Below are positions 33,200 to 44,100 of a stretch of DNA of 54,488 bases, piece after piece (position 1 is the first letter of the stretch; each line of letters starts with the position of its first letter). This DNA comes from a virus. Its lineage: Duplodnaviria; Caudoviricetes. The stretch is from positions 1-54,488 of IMG/VR virus record IMGVR_UViG_3300003324_000108; one strand, 5' to 3'. Below the pieces are notes generated by a model, which was not told the DNA's origin, did not search any database, and worked only from the letters and a program-made list of their open reading frames with translations. The position numbers and the translations under genes were made by a program.

Positions 33200-35067
33200 G
33201 ACAGGAAGCCCTCGATATCGGTGGCGAGCTTCTCCAGCCACGCGCGCGGTACCTCTACCTCCTCCGGTTCCGGCTCGGGCTCAGGCTCGGGATCAGGTCC
33301 AGCGGTGACAGGGTTCTGTCCGAACTCGGCGACGGTCGCGCGGAGGAAGTCCACCTGACCGCCCCACTGGCCATTGCAATACTGCTGGATCTGGGCGCGA
33401 GAATCCCACTTGCCACCAGACCAGGCGTACGTCTGGAAACCCCAGGTGATGAGGCCCGCGTCGAACATGAGGGTGAGCACGTTGTACCCGGCGTAGAGGC
33501 CGACGCGCTGGAGGCCGATGACCTCCGCGATGGCACGCAGAGCGTCGCCGATCTTGTTCAGGTCGTCGCCGGAAGCGTCGTAATCCACATTGAAGTAGAT
33601 GGGAACCTCGCCGAGGCCCAGCTTCACCCGGTACTCTTCTGCCGCCTTCGCTACCCGCAGACCAGCCTCACGCCCGCCAGCAAGCTCCTTGCCGTCCTCC
33701 TCGTAGATGAAGAACACGGTGAACCCGTTGCGGTGCAGCTCGGCAAGCTCGGTGACGCTCAGCCCCTTGTTAGTCCGACCATCCGCGTACTTCTCGTTCC
33801 ACAGGTAGCGGCCAGCAACCTTGAAGCCGAACGAGGAAAGCTCGGTGATCGAGGGGCGCGAGAACGAGTAGTCGATGCCCTCCCACTGGGGGTTGGCCGG
33901 GAACCCGCGACCATCCGAGCAGGAACCCCACAAGCCGTCCGTGTCCATGCGGTTCTTGCCCTGCCACACCGTGACGGCCTGCGCGGTGGGCGCATCCCAC
34001 TTGCCGGTGACGGGTGCGCCGACAAGCTTCTGGATGTCCGACGTAGGGCGAGACGTGTAGTTCCCGTCGTTCGGGTCAGGATCCGGCTCGGGGTCCGGAT
34101 CGGGATTCGGGGGAGTGATCGGCGCAGTCCATGCACCGGTCCACGTCTCGGGTCCGATCAGGCCGTCTGCCTTGTAACCCTTCTCCTTCTGGAAGGCGAG
34201 CGCCGTGCGGCCCGTCTCCGTGTCCGTGCTGTCGGAACCCTGCGGTCCATACAGTCCATCGGGGTCGATGGTCCACCCGCGGTCCTTCATGCGCTGCTGC
34301 CAACGGCGGAGGTCTTCGCGGTGCCCGTGCCACCCGGAAACGGACTCGACGCCACCCTGCTCGGGGCCAAAGTAGGAGCCTGCGGGGAGCGGGAACGGGG
34401 GGACACCGGTCTCCTGCTCTGCCAGAGCCCTGTCAACGTAGTCGTTCGTGTTCGGGCCGTAGACGCCGTCCACGTTCAGGCCAGCCTTGCCCTGCACGTC
34501 ACGCACGGCTGCCTGCGTATTGGCCCCGTCGTAGCCGTCAGCGCCGTCCGGGCCGAGATCGTAGCCGAGCTTGATGAGCTTCTGCTGGGCGGCGACAACC
34601 CAGTCGGCACCGTAGAGGTTGCGCGCGGGCCACTGCAGGCTGGTGTCGCCGCCGCTGCTGCCACCAATGTCACCACGGAAGGTCTTGTGCCACGGCTCCC
34701 CAAACAGGTAGCCCTCGTTCTCGAAGCCGTAGTTGCCTGCGTTCCAGCGCATCCAGTTGTCGCGTGCGGTGCCAGCCCACGTCACGCCAGGGTCGTCGCA
34801 GCTGTCGTAGATGTCGATGGAGCGGGGGCCATTGGGACCATCGATCTCATGGTTAGAGGTGCCAGGCTCGGCCACGCGTGGGGGTGCGTAGCCGCGGGCT
34901 ACGTATGCATCCCACTCGGCCTGCTGCTCTTCACGGGTGCGGGACCCGTCACGGACATGCAGGGAGCAGCCAGTGTCGCGCTCGAAATCGGCGGCCATGC
35001 GGTAGAACGCCGCGGCCACATTCACCTCGACCCGCTTGCCGTCGATGCTCGTGAACTCGTACGCCAT
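33196..35067 (-). CDS. endolysin: M15 peptidase, three peptidoglycan-binding domains, DUF1906 glycoside hydrolase
   Basis: RTREEQ, PGTSNHE, SIDI, EPWH; DGYDG/DGVYGP/DGLIGP repeats; GIDYS, FIYEE, IYFNVDYD. Confidence 0.9.
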   Translation of the reverse strand: MAYEFTSIDGKRVEVNVAAAFYRMAADFERDTGCSLHVRDGSRTREEQQAEWDAYVARGYAPPRVAEPGTSNHEIDGPNGPRSIDIYDSCDDPGVTWAGTARDNWMRWNAGNYGFENEGYLFGEPWHKTFRGDIGGSSGGDTSLQWPARNLYGADWVVAAQQKLIKLGYDLGPDGADGYDGANTQAAVRDVQGKAGLNVDGVYGPNTNDYVDRALAEQETGVPPFPLPAGSYFGPEQGGVESVSGWHGHREDLRRWQQRMKDRGWTIDPDGLYGPQGSDSTDTETGRTALAFQKEKGYKADGLIGPETWTGAWTAPITPPNPDPDPEPDPDPNDGNYTSRPTSDIQKLVGAPVTGKWDAPTAQAVTVWQGKNRMDTDGLWGSCSDGRGFPANPQWEGIDYSFSRPSITELSSFGFKVAGRYLWNEKYADGRTNKGLSVTELAELHRNGFTVFFIYEEDGKELAGGREAGLRVAKAAEEYRVKLGLGEVPIYFNVDYDASGDDLNKIGDALRAIAEVIGLQRVGLYAGYNVLTLMFDAGLITWGFQTYAWSGGKWDSRAQIQQYCNGQWGGQVDFLRATVAEFGQNPVTAGPDPEPEPEPEPEEVEVPRAWLEKLATDIEGFLS

Positions 35068-35121
35068 GATCGGTGTCCTCTCCACCGACATGCTACAGCC
35101 GTTAGTTGCTGACGACAGGTA

Positions 35122-35427
35122 TTACGGGGCGGGCGGATTTAGCACGGCATTGATCGCGGTCTCCAGATGCGTATCAGTCACGGCCCCGAGGTTTGCGCCA
35201 GGGGCGGGAGGGGTGGCCGCAATGTGTGCTTCGCGGGTTTCCTTCGCATAGGCGTACACGCTGACAATGGTGTCATAGGGTCCAAGTTCTGCCTGCATCA
35301 GGTCAGAGAGGTGCTGCTGTACCCACTCCGCAGGACTGGGGATTTTCATCATCTCCGCCTGTGCAATGAGACGCATGAGGAGGTCACTGTCCTGTTTGGC
35401 GCTGATGTATTGCTGCGTGGTAGGCAT
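35122..35427 (-). CDS. small tail-associated protein (paralog of 29475..29789)
   Basis: MPTTQQYISAKQDSDL...PGANLGAVTDTHL. Confidence 0.75.
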   Translation of the reverse strand: MPTTQQYISAKQDSDLLMRLIAQAEMMKIPSPAEWVQQHLSDLMQAELGPYDTIVSVYAYAKETREAHIAATPPAPGANLGAVTDTHLETAINAVLNPPAP

Positions 35428-35438
35428 GCTATTTTCTC

Positions 35439-36191
35439 CTAGCTGGTTACGAGAGGTGGTCCGATGTATTCCATTGTCATGAAGCTCTCCGCGTCACCCA
35501 CGGTCCAGGATGCCGCGATGGTTTGGAAGTAGCAACGTCCGGTCGGGAAGAGCAGGATGTTCTTGAAGTCGAATGTGGCAATCTGCCCATAGCCGCTAAG
35601 GAGGGGGGCGGGCTGGTCGCGGATGACAGCCGGGTTGACCCCATCGAGATACGCGAAGCGCCAGACACCGGTCCCTGCTCCGCTCGGCAGTGTCATGCTG
35701 ACAGCGCAGCGGTAGCGGCCAGCGAGGTTCGTGCGGATAGTGGCGAGATCCCCGGGGAGCGGGCGGTCGATGAGCGTGGAGCTGCGCCACGACCCACCCG
35801 TGCCGAAGTTGTTCCAGTTCGTGAAATAGGAGCCATTGCCGTGCGCTTGGCCGCCCGCCGCCATCAGCTTCCCGTACGGACCGTCATCGCCCACCGGATA
35901 CCACCCCGCAGGCGCGCCAGATGCAAGTCCTCTTACCGTGAGGCCAGCAGAACCAGTGGGTGCGTAGTAGCTTTCCGTCCACCCAGTGTCCGTATTGATC
36001 CAGGTGAGCTGCGAGTTTGCAAGATATACCTGCTCCGCGACGGTGGACGGGGGAGGAAAGTCGGCGTCCCGCTGAGCGATGGACCCGCGACCCAGGCCAG
36101 AGATGATCCCCTTCCCGAGGCGGCGCTGGAGGAGATTGATATCGCGGCGCATCTCCGCGAGCATGCCGCGAGCCGACTTGTCGATAGTCAT
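35439..36191 (-). CDS. minor tail protein
   Basis: position; N-terminal coiled coil; SIAQRDADF...GWYP. Confidence 0.75.
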   Translation of the reverse strand: MTIDKSARGMLAEMRRDINLLQRRLGKGIISGLGRGSIAQRDADFPPPSTVAEQVYLANSQLTWINTDTGWTESYYAPTGSAGLTVRGLASGAPAGWYPVGDDGPYGKLMAAGGQAHGNGSYFTNWNNFGTGGSWRSSTLIDRPLPGDLATIRTNLAGRYRCAVSMTLPSGAGTGVWRFAYLDGVNPAVIRDQPAPLLSGYGQIATFDFKNILLFPTGRCYFQTIAASWTVGDAESFMTMEYIGPPLVTS

Positions 36192-36203
36192 GTGGTCACG
36201 CTC

Positions 36204-37616
36204 CTAGAGGAGGTAGTCGGCGGATCCGGAAGTCCACGGACCCGCTCCATTGAGGGTGATCTGGATGGTGGCCCAGCTGTCCCCGAGCACGGAGGCGAGC
36301 GCCACATCAACACCGTTAGCCATGGTGCCACTAACCGTGAAGTCGTGGTACTCACCGGACCCCACATTGTAGAAGCCGTCCGGGATGTGCTTAGTGTCAT
36401 CGGAGGGGGCAGGGGAATTGGTGCCCGGGTTCACCGTCACAGTGACAGTATTGCCGACACGCGTAAAGGTGGCTGTCGTCCCATCCGCCCAGGTGAGCGT
36501 GGCGGGCTCGGGAATGATCTCATCAGAGTCCGCCTTGTTCGCGGGGCTGAGTGTCACCTGGACGGTCTCACCATCGGAGTTCTCCGTCACAGTCACCAGG
36601 TCCAGCTTCTGCGTCTGCTGCATGCGTCGCGCGTTCAGCGTGGCACGGAGGGGCATCTGCACTCCGGGGAAAAGATCATCGACCGTCAGGTCGTAGGACA
36701 GCCGCAGGCTGGAGTTGTCGGGGATGCGGACCTCAACCGGGACGGGCGTGCGCCCCGCAATGTTGCGTGCAGCCTGCGAGTCGAGTTCCTGCTGCGTCGG
36801 TGCATCCGTGCCCTCCTCGTTGTAGACGGTAAAGATCTTCGTCCACGGCCCGTAGTAACTGGATGCCGTACCAGCCTTGCCGTATGTCCCATCATCGGCA
36901 ACCACGTACGCAATCTCGGTGTGGTCGGACCCATACGCGGTGATGATGATCTCGCCGAAGAAGTCCGCCTCCGTGAGGATGCGCGTCTTCCCCAGGGAAC
37001 GCGACGTGTCCCAGATATGGATGGCGCGCCCTACGGCGGCGTAGTCGATTCCGGAAGCGCGGGCCAGAGAGTCCAAGTGCTCACCCACGGTCATCTCGAA
37101 CGGTGCCGTCTTCGCTGTGGTCCGCGCCTCATTGGGGAAGTGGTGCACAGACAGGTAGGGGAGCACGTTCGCTGGTGCGTCGATTGTCTCCCAGACCACC
37201 ATTTCATTCTGGATGATCTCCTCGATACGGGTGGTCACCTCTGTGGCATTCGCCCCGGCATTGTTGTACGCCTGCGTCAGCGGCGTCCCGAAGAGGTACT
37301 GAGTCACGTCGTGTGCGTAGATCTCCACAGAATCAGAGCGCCACGCCACGCGCATGATCGGCCCCTCCCATACGCGGACGTTGCCACGGTAGATCACAAG
37401 CTCATGCCGCTTCGGCTCGATGAGAGCCAGCTGGTCTGCCTGAGCCTGACATGCGCGACCAGCGATGACGACCGTCGCCTCGCTCGTCTCGTCACGGCGG
37501 CGCGACCACTGCACACTGAAAGCGTCGATCAGGGAAATGAGGCGCTTCGTGCCCCCCCGGTCGTAGATCTCGGCACGGTGATGCTGAACACAGGGACCGC
37601 CATACGTGGATGCCAC
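36204..37616 (-). CDS. minor tail protein (baseplate hub-like)
   Basis: VQWSRRRDETSEA, HELVIYRGNVRVWEGPI, DDLFPG. Confidence 0.8.
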   Translation of the reverse strand: MASTYGGPCVQHHRAEIYDRGGTKRLISLIDAFSVQWSRRRDETSEATVVIAGRACQAQADQLALIEPKRHELVIYRGNVRVWEGPIMRVAWRSDSVEIYAHDVTQYLFGTPLTQAYNNAGANATEVTTRIEEIIQNEMVVWETIDAPANVLPYLSVHHFPNEARTTAKTAPFEMTVGEHLDSLARASGIDYAAVGRAIHIWDTSRSLGKTRILTEADFFGEIIITAYGSDHTEIAYVVADDGTYGKAGTASSYYGPWTKIFTVYNEEGTDAPTQQELDSQAARNIAGRTPVPVEVRIPDNSSLRLSYDLTVDDLFPGVQMPLRATLNARRMQQTQKLDLVTVTENSDGETVQVTLSPANKADSDEIIPEPATLTWADGTTATFTRVGNTVTVTVNPGTNSPAPSDDTKHIPDGFYNVGSGEYHDFTVSGTMANGVDVALASVLGDSWATIQITLNGAGPWTSGSADYLL

Positions 37617-37624
37617 TGGCCCTC

Positions 37625-39745
37625 CTAGAACCGGTTCGTCAGAGCTACGTCTACAGTGAGGTTACCCGCGGGTGCATCCAGGGGAACATCCACGCTCATC
37701 AGGTATGCGATGCCACACTTCATGATGGGCCACGAGGCGGGTCCACCACCCGACCCGAACAGAAGGTGGTCGGCGCGCACCGTCTGATCGCCCACGGTGG
37801 CGCGAGCCGTCTCCGAGACCCCGTCCAGGACGAAAGTTGCACCCGGGGGGATGAAGGAGACAATCTGCTCAGACACCCAGTCCTGGGATCCGATGAAGGA
37901 ATCGGGGTCCAGTTCGTCCGGGTTCTCCCACAGGCGAATGCGCGCCTGGCGGGTAGCCTGGTTGCCGCTCGTCAGGGTGATCGTCGGGACGTTTGCCAGC
38001 CACTTAGCGATGTTCTCCGCGGGGATGATCGCCCAATAGCGACGCCACGTCCCCACCTCATCGATGCACTCGTCTTCGATGATCGGAGGCCGGGGAGGTG
38101 CGGGAGGGGGCGGGCAGTCCGGGTCTGCGAGCGGGTCCACGGTAGAGGTGAGCACCACCGTTGCAGTCGAAGTGGACTCGTCGGGGGTGCCCAGCCAGTC
38201 GTACGTAAAGTTCGCATCGTCCGGGGTAGCGCCGTCGAAGTACGGGTAGAGACCCAGGGAAAGCATGGCGTTGTCAGCGATGACAACATCGCCACCCACC
38301 CACGCCGTCCACCCCGTGCCCGCCACGTCGGTGAAGAACAGGGCTGCCTCAACCGCACCGGCAGGCGCTGTTGCCGACACAACAAGGCGCGTCCAGAGGC
38401 CGGGGTTGGGTCCAGTCAGGACGCTGTCCCCCATGTCCGTACCCAGGCTGGTGCCGCTACCGTCGAACCATTCGATGCCAGCGCCCATGAGCTGATCCCG
38501 AGCGGGGATCTGCACATAGATGGACCCGTTGTATCGGCCACCCTCGGCGACCTGGGACCGGCTGTCAGTGCGCTGGCGCACGATGATCTGACCAGGGGCG
38601 GTCGTGTCCGCGGTGTACGTGATGCGTGCAGCGTAGGTACGCGTGCGACCACCCACCTGCTGGGAGAGGATTCCTCCGTAGCCAGTGGTGATCGCCCACC
38701 CCCTGACACTCTTGCCGTTCGCCTGGCTGACGGAGTTGTTGGTAGTGCCGAGCCACGAGAAGGTGGCGTCACCAGTCGCCGCACTGGACCCATCGAAATA
38801 CGTCCCGGGGCTCGTGTTCGGATTAGGCTGCTGCACCGCCTGCCACGAGCTGTAGGGAGACGTGTAGGTGACGCCGTTCTGGGTAACCCGCGCAGCGACT
38901 CGCCATTCATAGATGGTGCCCTGTGCAAGCCCGGTAGCCGTGTAGCTGGAGGTGCTGAACGAGTAGGACGTGACGGGCGTCGTAGTCCCCTGCACACGTC
39001 GATCCACCAGCCAGGTATCCACGGATGGCATGGTGTTGCTGAGCGTGGGCGTCAGCGTCGCAGATGTCCCCTGGATGGAAGCGGCGACGTTCATGGTGGA
39101 GGCGCTAGCGGCGAGAGTCGTGCCCTTCGCTACGGAAGACCACGGGCCAGCACCGATGGCATTCACACCACGCGCGTGCCAGTTCCACTCTGTTGCGGGG
39201 AGGAGGTCATTGCGCGTCGTCGTCCCCGAAGAGGTGCCGAGACCGGTGGGCGCACCACCAGTCGGCCAGCACTCGTATTCCCAGCGGATGATTCCGGATC
39301 CGCCGTCTCCGTTGCCAGTGAACTGGTAGCGCATCCCGCGCGTCGTGATCTGGTCAGGGGTGCCCGAAACATTACTCGGTGCGGGGGGCACGGTCGCCAC
39401 CGACTGATAGCCGGAAACGCCACCGTACCCGGCACCGCTCGTGTCCGTGTTGAAGTACCCGGCACAGAGCGCGCTGCCGACAGCGCCCACGTTGTAGCTG
39501 CCGCCGCCGATGTACTGCTCGCCGATGGGACCACCGGCAGGCCCCTGGAAGTTGTATGAACCCGATGCGACAGATACGCCCTGGATGGTGACGTTGTAGG
39601 TGGCTCCGCCGTTGTACGAGGTGTATCCCACCGATCCGGTGCGCTGCCAGTACAGGCTGACGTTGACAACCGTGCCGCTGTTCGAGGTGTAGATGACGAC
39701 CTCGTAAGGGCCGGTACCATCCATCGCTGCTGCATAGCGAGGCAT
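37625..39745 (-). CDS. minor tail protein with FN3 and carbohydrate-binding-like domains
   Basis: LLPATEWNWHARGVNAIGAGPWS, GLAQGTIYEWRVAA, YFDG repeats. Confidence 0.8.
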   Translation of the reverse strand: MPRYAAAMDGTGPYEVVIYTSNSGTVVNVSLYWQRTGSVGYTSYNGGATYNVTIQGVSVASGSYNFQGPAGGPIGEQYIGGGSYNVGAVGSALCAGYFNTDTSGAGYGGVSGYQSVATVPPAPSNVSGTPDQITTRGMRYQFTGNGDGGSGIIRWEYECWPTGGAPTGLGTSSGTTTRNDLLPATEWNWHARGVNAIGAGPWSSVAKGTTLAASASTMNVAASIQGTSATLTPTLSNTMPSVDTWLVDRRVQGTTTPVTSYSFSTSSYTATGLAQGTIYEWRVAARVTQNGVTYTSPYSSWQAVQQPNPNTSPGTYFDGSSAATGDATFSWLGTTNNSVSQANGKSVRGWAITTGYGGILSQQVGGRTRTYAARITYTADTTAPGQIIVRQRTDSRSQVAEGGRYNGSIYVQIPARDQLMGAGIEWFDGSGTSLGTDMGDSVLTGPNPGLWTRLVVSATAPAGAVEAALFFTDVAGTGWTAWVGGDVVIADNAMLSLGLYPYFDGATPDDANFTYDWLGTPDESTSTATVVLTSTVDPLADPDCPPPPAPPRPPIIEDECIDEVGTWRRYWAIIPAENIAKWLANVPTITLTSGNQATRQARIRLWENPDELDPDSFIGSQDWVSEQIVSFIPPGATFVLDGVSETARATVGDQTVRADHLLFGSGGGPASWPIMKCGIAYLMSVDVPLDAPAGNLTVDVALTNRF

Positions 39746-39756
39746 TGCGGTGCTCC

Positions 39757-41094
39757 TTACGGGATGGTGACGGCCAGGGCGTCGGCGAACAGATTGACCA
39801 CGTTCCCACTAGCAATACCAGAAACGGCTACGGTCACGTACACGCGCGCCTGTGTTGCCGTGGCGGGAGGGAGAATGTGAGACTTCGTAACGGCCCCGCC
39901 GCCCGCGGGGGCGGTACCCACTGCATCCGTGCGCAGGACAGTGTTGGATGCGTTCAGCCAATCCACCGAGAACGACAGGGAGCTGAGCGTAGGGGTTCCC
40001 GTAGTAGCCAGGGCGGCACCCCACATGTTGACCGAGTAGCGCGTTCCCGTAGGGACGGACGGGAGGGCCACTGTCTGCAATGCGGACATGGTTCCCGTTC
40101 CCGTGGTGGTGGACGTGAAAACCACCTTGTAGGAGGCCGTTCCCACGGCGGCAAGCTCAGTGCTGCGCGATGCCGACATCTGCCCTGCGGTAATGACGCC
40201 GGACTGCCCGAAGGACCAGCCCGTTGCATTGGTCTCGCTGGAAGGGTTCGTGGAGTAGTTCTGCGCCAGAATCACGGTGGAACCACCGTCGAGTTCCATG
40301 GACGGATACGGGATCAGGTTGTACCGGATGTCCTCCACAATGCTCGGGGTGGTGACGGGAAGATCGACAGTGCGAGTAACCCCGTACACCCACGGGCGCA
40401 TGGATGTAACGGTGAACTCGATGACCTCCCCTACCGCATCTTCACGGGCGAATTCCTGGATGGTGAGCGGCCCGGACGTGGTCACTGCCCCATGCAGGAA
40501 CCGGCGCTGTGCGTCAACGGCCTCTTCCCACGCCGTGTCATCGCCACCACCGAAATCGCCCTCACCGAAAGACCCCTCACCGAAACCCTCCGAGGTGGAC
40601 TCACGGGTAGGGGGGCACGCGGCGAAGAATGCCATGTCCGTCGTGCCGCACTCCTCGCCGTGCTGTCCGCAGGCATCCGGGTCTAGTGCCGCCTCCAGCC
40701 AGGAGCGCCCATAGGAGAGGGCGTCCCGACCGCGGGCGAGAATGGCCGCCCGGACACGCACAGATCGGACGCCCTTCCGGATGGAGCCAATAGCGCCACC
40801 GTCTGCAAGACCCTCTGTCACCTGGACCTGACGGGTGGAGTCTTTCACTCCGGAGAACCCCAGCCCGAACACGCCGTAGAACCGCTCAGATTCAGGGCGG
40901 GTCGGGTCGTACCACGGGGCAGCCTGGATGTTCTGCGCCTCGTATGGCCCATCGCCCAACGCCTCCCGCAGGGACTCACATTCGTCGCTCACGAGCCACG
41001 GGATAGGGCATGACGCGGAACGGCTAATGCCGATGGCACGAGAGTTGTTGATGACCTCGTTTCCACCGAACGCCAGGTAGCCGTCGTAGACCAT
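39757..41094 (-). CDS. minor tail protein (distal-tail-like) with CBM-like C-terminus
   Basis: follows tape measure; YLAFGGNEVINNSR, APWYDP, NPSSETNATGW. Confidence 0.8.
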   Translation of the reverse strand: MVYDGYLAFGGNEVINNSRAIGISRSASCPIPWLVSDECESLREALGDGPYEAQNIQAAPWYDPTRPESERFYGVFGLGFSGVKDSTRQVQVTEGLADGGAIGSIRKGVRSVRVRAAILARGRDALSYGRSWLEAALDPDACGQHGEECGTTDMAFFAACPPTRESTSEGFGEGSFGEGDFGGGDDTAWEEAVDAQRRFLHGAVTTSGPLTIQEFAREDAVGEVIEFTVTSMRPWVYGVTRTVDLPVTTPSIVEDIRYNLIPYPSMELDGGSTVILAQNYSTNPSSETNATGWSFGQSGVITAGQMSASRSTELAAVGTASYKVVFTSTTTGTGTMSALQTVALPSVPTGTRYSVNMWGAALATTGTPTLSSLSFSVDWLNASNTVLRTDAVGTAPAGGGAVTKSHILPPATATQARVYVTVAVSGIASGNVVNLFADALAVTIP

Positions 41095-41102
41095 GACCTC
41101 TC

Positions 41103-44100
41103 CTAACCGAGGGAGTCAACCCGCTCAGCGATGCGATCCAGAACCTCTACGGCAGTCCGTGCAGGATCACCAGAGTCCTGCACCACGATAGCGCCCGACT
41201 CGATGTTCACCGCCTTGCCACCGCCGACGACACCACCACTTCCCATCGCCGGGGTCTTGCCCTGGGCGAGAGCGGAAAGCCACCGCACGGAGGGATCCAC
41301 CTGCGACAGGGGGCGACGCAGCGGGACGATGGCCTCCGGTCCCGCCTCGCCAGCGAGGATGCGACGAGGGCCATTGAGGAGTCCACCGGACGCGAAACCG
41401 CCACCGGATCCGCCGCCACCGCCCCGACCAGCAGCACCCTGCGCACTGGACCCTGCGGATGCAGCCGCGTTAGCCGCGCCGAAGAGGCTCTGGAACCATC
41501 CGATAGCGTCTTGAATCCACCCGATCATCCCACTGATGGCATCACCTACGGCACTTGCCATGTCGTAGAAGAAGTTCCCGATAGGGGTAACGAACCGCGC
41601 GACACCGTTGTACATGTCCTGTACCCAGCTAACGAACTGGTCGAAGTCCCCGCCGAGGGTGTGGAATACGCCACTGACCGTGGTGTACATCGACTCGAAT
41701 GCTCCCGAGAAATCACCGCGTAGCAGGGCGGAAATAGTGTTCAGAATGCCGCTTGCCACCTGGAAGAAGACGGAGATGATGTTCGCAATAGCCTCGAACG
41801 TCACCCGCACAACTTCACCAACGACGATAATCGCATCCCCGAAGTCCTTCGCGCTCACGTTCGTTCCAAAGATCGCGTTCGTGAGCGCGACAAGGTAATC
41901 CGCCACCTGCGGCAGGATCGCAAGCAGGGGGGGGAGGGCGTTCGCGACGATGACGGCGAGCAGCTCGATGAAGGGGGTGAGTATCTGAACGATCTGCACG
42001 AATGCATCCACCACGGGGCCAAGGGCATCGAGCAGCGGCGGGAGCACGGCGAGTAGCGCCTTGCCGAGGATCTCCACCACCGGGACAAGAGCCTGGCCGA
42101 GGCGGGTCAGCGGTCCTTCCAACTTCGCAAAAGCCGTCACCAGCAAGCTACCGATGTTCTCGGCCAGCTGCCCAAGGACAGGCATGAGCGGCTGGAGAAT
42201 GTCGGCGATGCTGTTCAGGATCCCGACGAAGATGTTGAGCACGTCGAGCTTTCCGATGACGCCCAAGATCTGCGATGCCACCGGGAGGAAGTTGCCCAGG
42301 CCATCGATGAAGGACAGCAACCTGTCAATAGTCTCGGGCGTTACGAGGTCCGCCAGAGCCGAGCCCAGCTTGCCGGACAGGGTGAGCAGGGCGTTGAAGA
42401 TGCGCTCACCGTTTGCGAACCAGGTCTCCAGCGCCTTCTGCCCCTCGATGGACTTCATCCAGTCATTCCACTGGTTGAGCAGTCCAGTGAGGGTGTTCAG
42501 CATGGAGTTGCCCGTGGCGGCACCAGCCTGGAAGAGGGTGTTGAGGGCACTGCCGAGGGATCCGACGACGCCGAGGATCGCATTGATGGATTCCAGCGCC
42601 TTGTTGAAGAACGTTTGCAGAGAGCCATCCTGCGCAGCAGCAGTCATCGTGTCCGACCACTGCTTAGCCCAGGTGTCGAACTGCCCTGCGAACGTCTCCA
42701 GGGCCGGGGATGCAGCAGAGAACACTGCGGCCAGGCCGCTGGCCAGAGATGCAGCGCCCGTTCCAATCGAGGCGATGGCGTTGGGGATAGTGGTGGCGAG
42801 CGCCTGGTAGAACAGCTGGAACCCGGGGGACGAGAGCGCGGCGCTGAACGCATCCGTGATACGGGACAGGCTTGCCGCGAACGCATCCACGATGGACGTG
42901 TTGGACAGCACTGTCGTCAGCGTGTCCAGGAAGTTCGCGACAGACGGCCCCCAGGCGGCGGCAAATCTGCGGCCCGAGTCCTCCGCCGCCTTCGACAGCC
43001 CAGACAGGGCGTCGGCGACAGCGGGCACCTCCTCCTTCATGAACCGGAAGGAGTTGATCGCCAGACCAGCGGCAGCAGCGAATCCGGCTACGGCTGCCCC
43101 GGCGAGACCGAGTGCACCGACAAGTGCTACACCGATGCTGGAGATGAGGGCCGTAAGCCCTGCCCCCACGCCGGACCCGAGGGATGCCGTCCCCTCACCG
43201 ATAGCGGCGACAAGCGCTGTCCACAGAACAATCAGACGGGCAACACGCGACTTGAGTACGCGCTCATTGCCACCGAACTGCGCGTTCAGGTTCTTGTTGC
43301 CGTTGCGTACGGCGTTGACGGCGCGGGCCATGCCAACCTCTGCCTCGCGCCCGAACGTTCCCCAGCGCCGCCCATTCGAGTCGAAGAACCGCGTGAGTTC
43401 ATGGTCGCCAGACAAGCGCTTGGACTCGTTCACGAAATTGCTGACCTCGGAGCGGAACCCGCGGAGAGCAGATGCGGAGCCACTGAGGCGGCCGAACGAT
43501 GCACGCAGGCGATCCACGGCAGGACGAACGGCGTCAATGTCGATGACGCTGTCCCGCACGCCACGCCCGAAACGCACGACACGATCACGCGCACCCTCGA
43601 TGACAGGGTTGAGTCGCTGTAGCTGGGTGCGCAGCAGGCTGACAGCACTGTTTGTGCGAGTGCGAACCTCATCGCCGAATTCCCGAACACCGCCGAGGGT
43701 ATTTGCGAAACCTCGTCGCACATTCTCCACTGCACGCACGAGTCCAGGGAAAGTGTCCCTTACATCCTGCGCACTAATGCGCAGATCACGCATGCCCTGG
43801 ACGAACGGGGACAGATTGCGTGCAGATGCATCCCGGAGCATCTGCCCGAAATCACGCAGGCCCGTGGAGATCCGTCCAATAGTCCGGTCCAGACCTCCAC
43901 GGATAGCCGTGCGCAGGTTGCGGAAGCTCGTCGCCAGGCGGTTGATAGCAGGGCTGGTGCGCAGGGCCGTGGTGAGAACCTGGCCCAAGCTGCGGGCCAC
44001 GTCACGGGAACCCTTGCGCACTTCCGCATTGAGCGCCTTGTTGAGTTCCTTGCCGCCGATAGCGCCAGCGGTACGCCCGACACGACGAAGATCGCGGGGG

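Noticed and set aside
35085-35110. Sixth operator copy before the endolysin (minus strand ...CTAACGGCTGTAGCAT)
   Set aside because: Lacks the TACCGT core and palindromy; more likely just a -10 element
40545-40595. FGEG peptide repeats in the distal tail protein
   Set aside because: Short low-complexity linker with no evidence of a separate function
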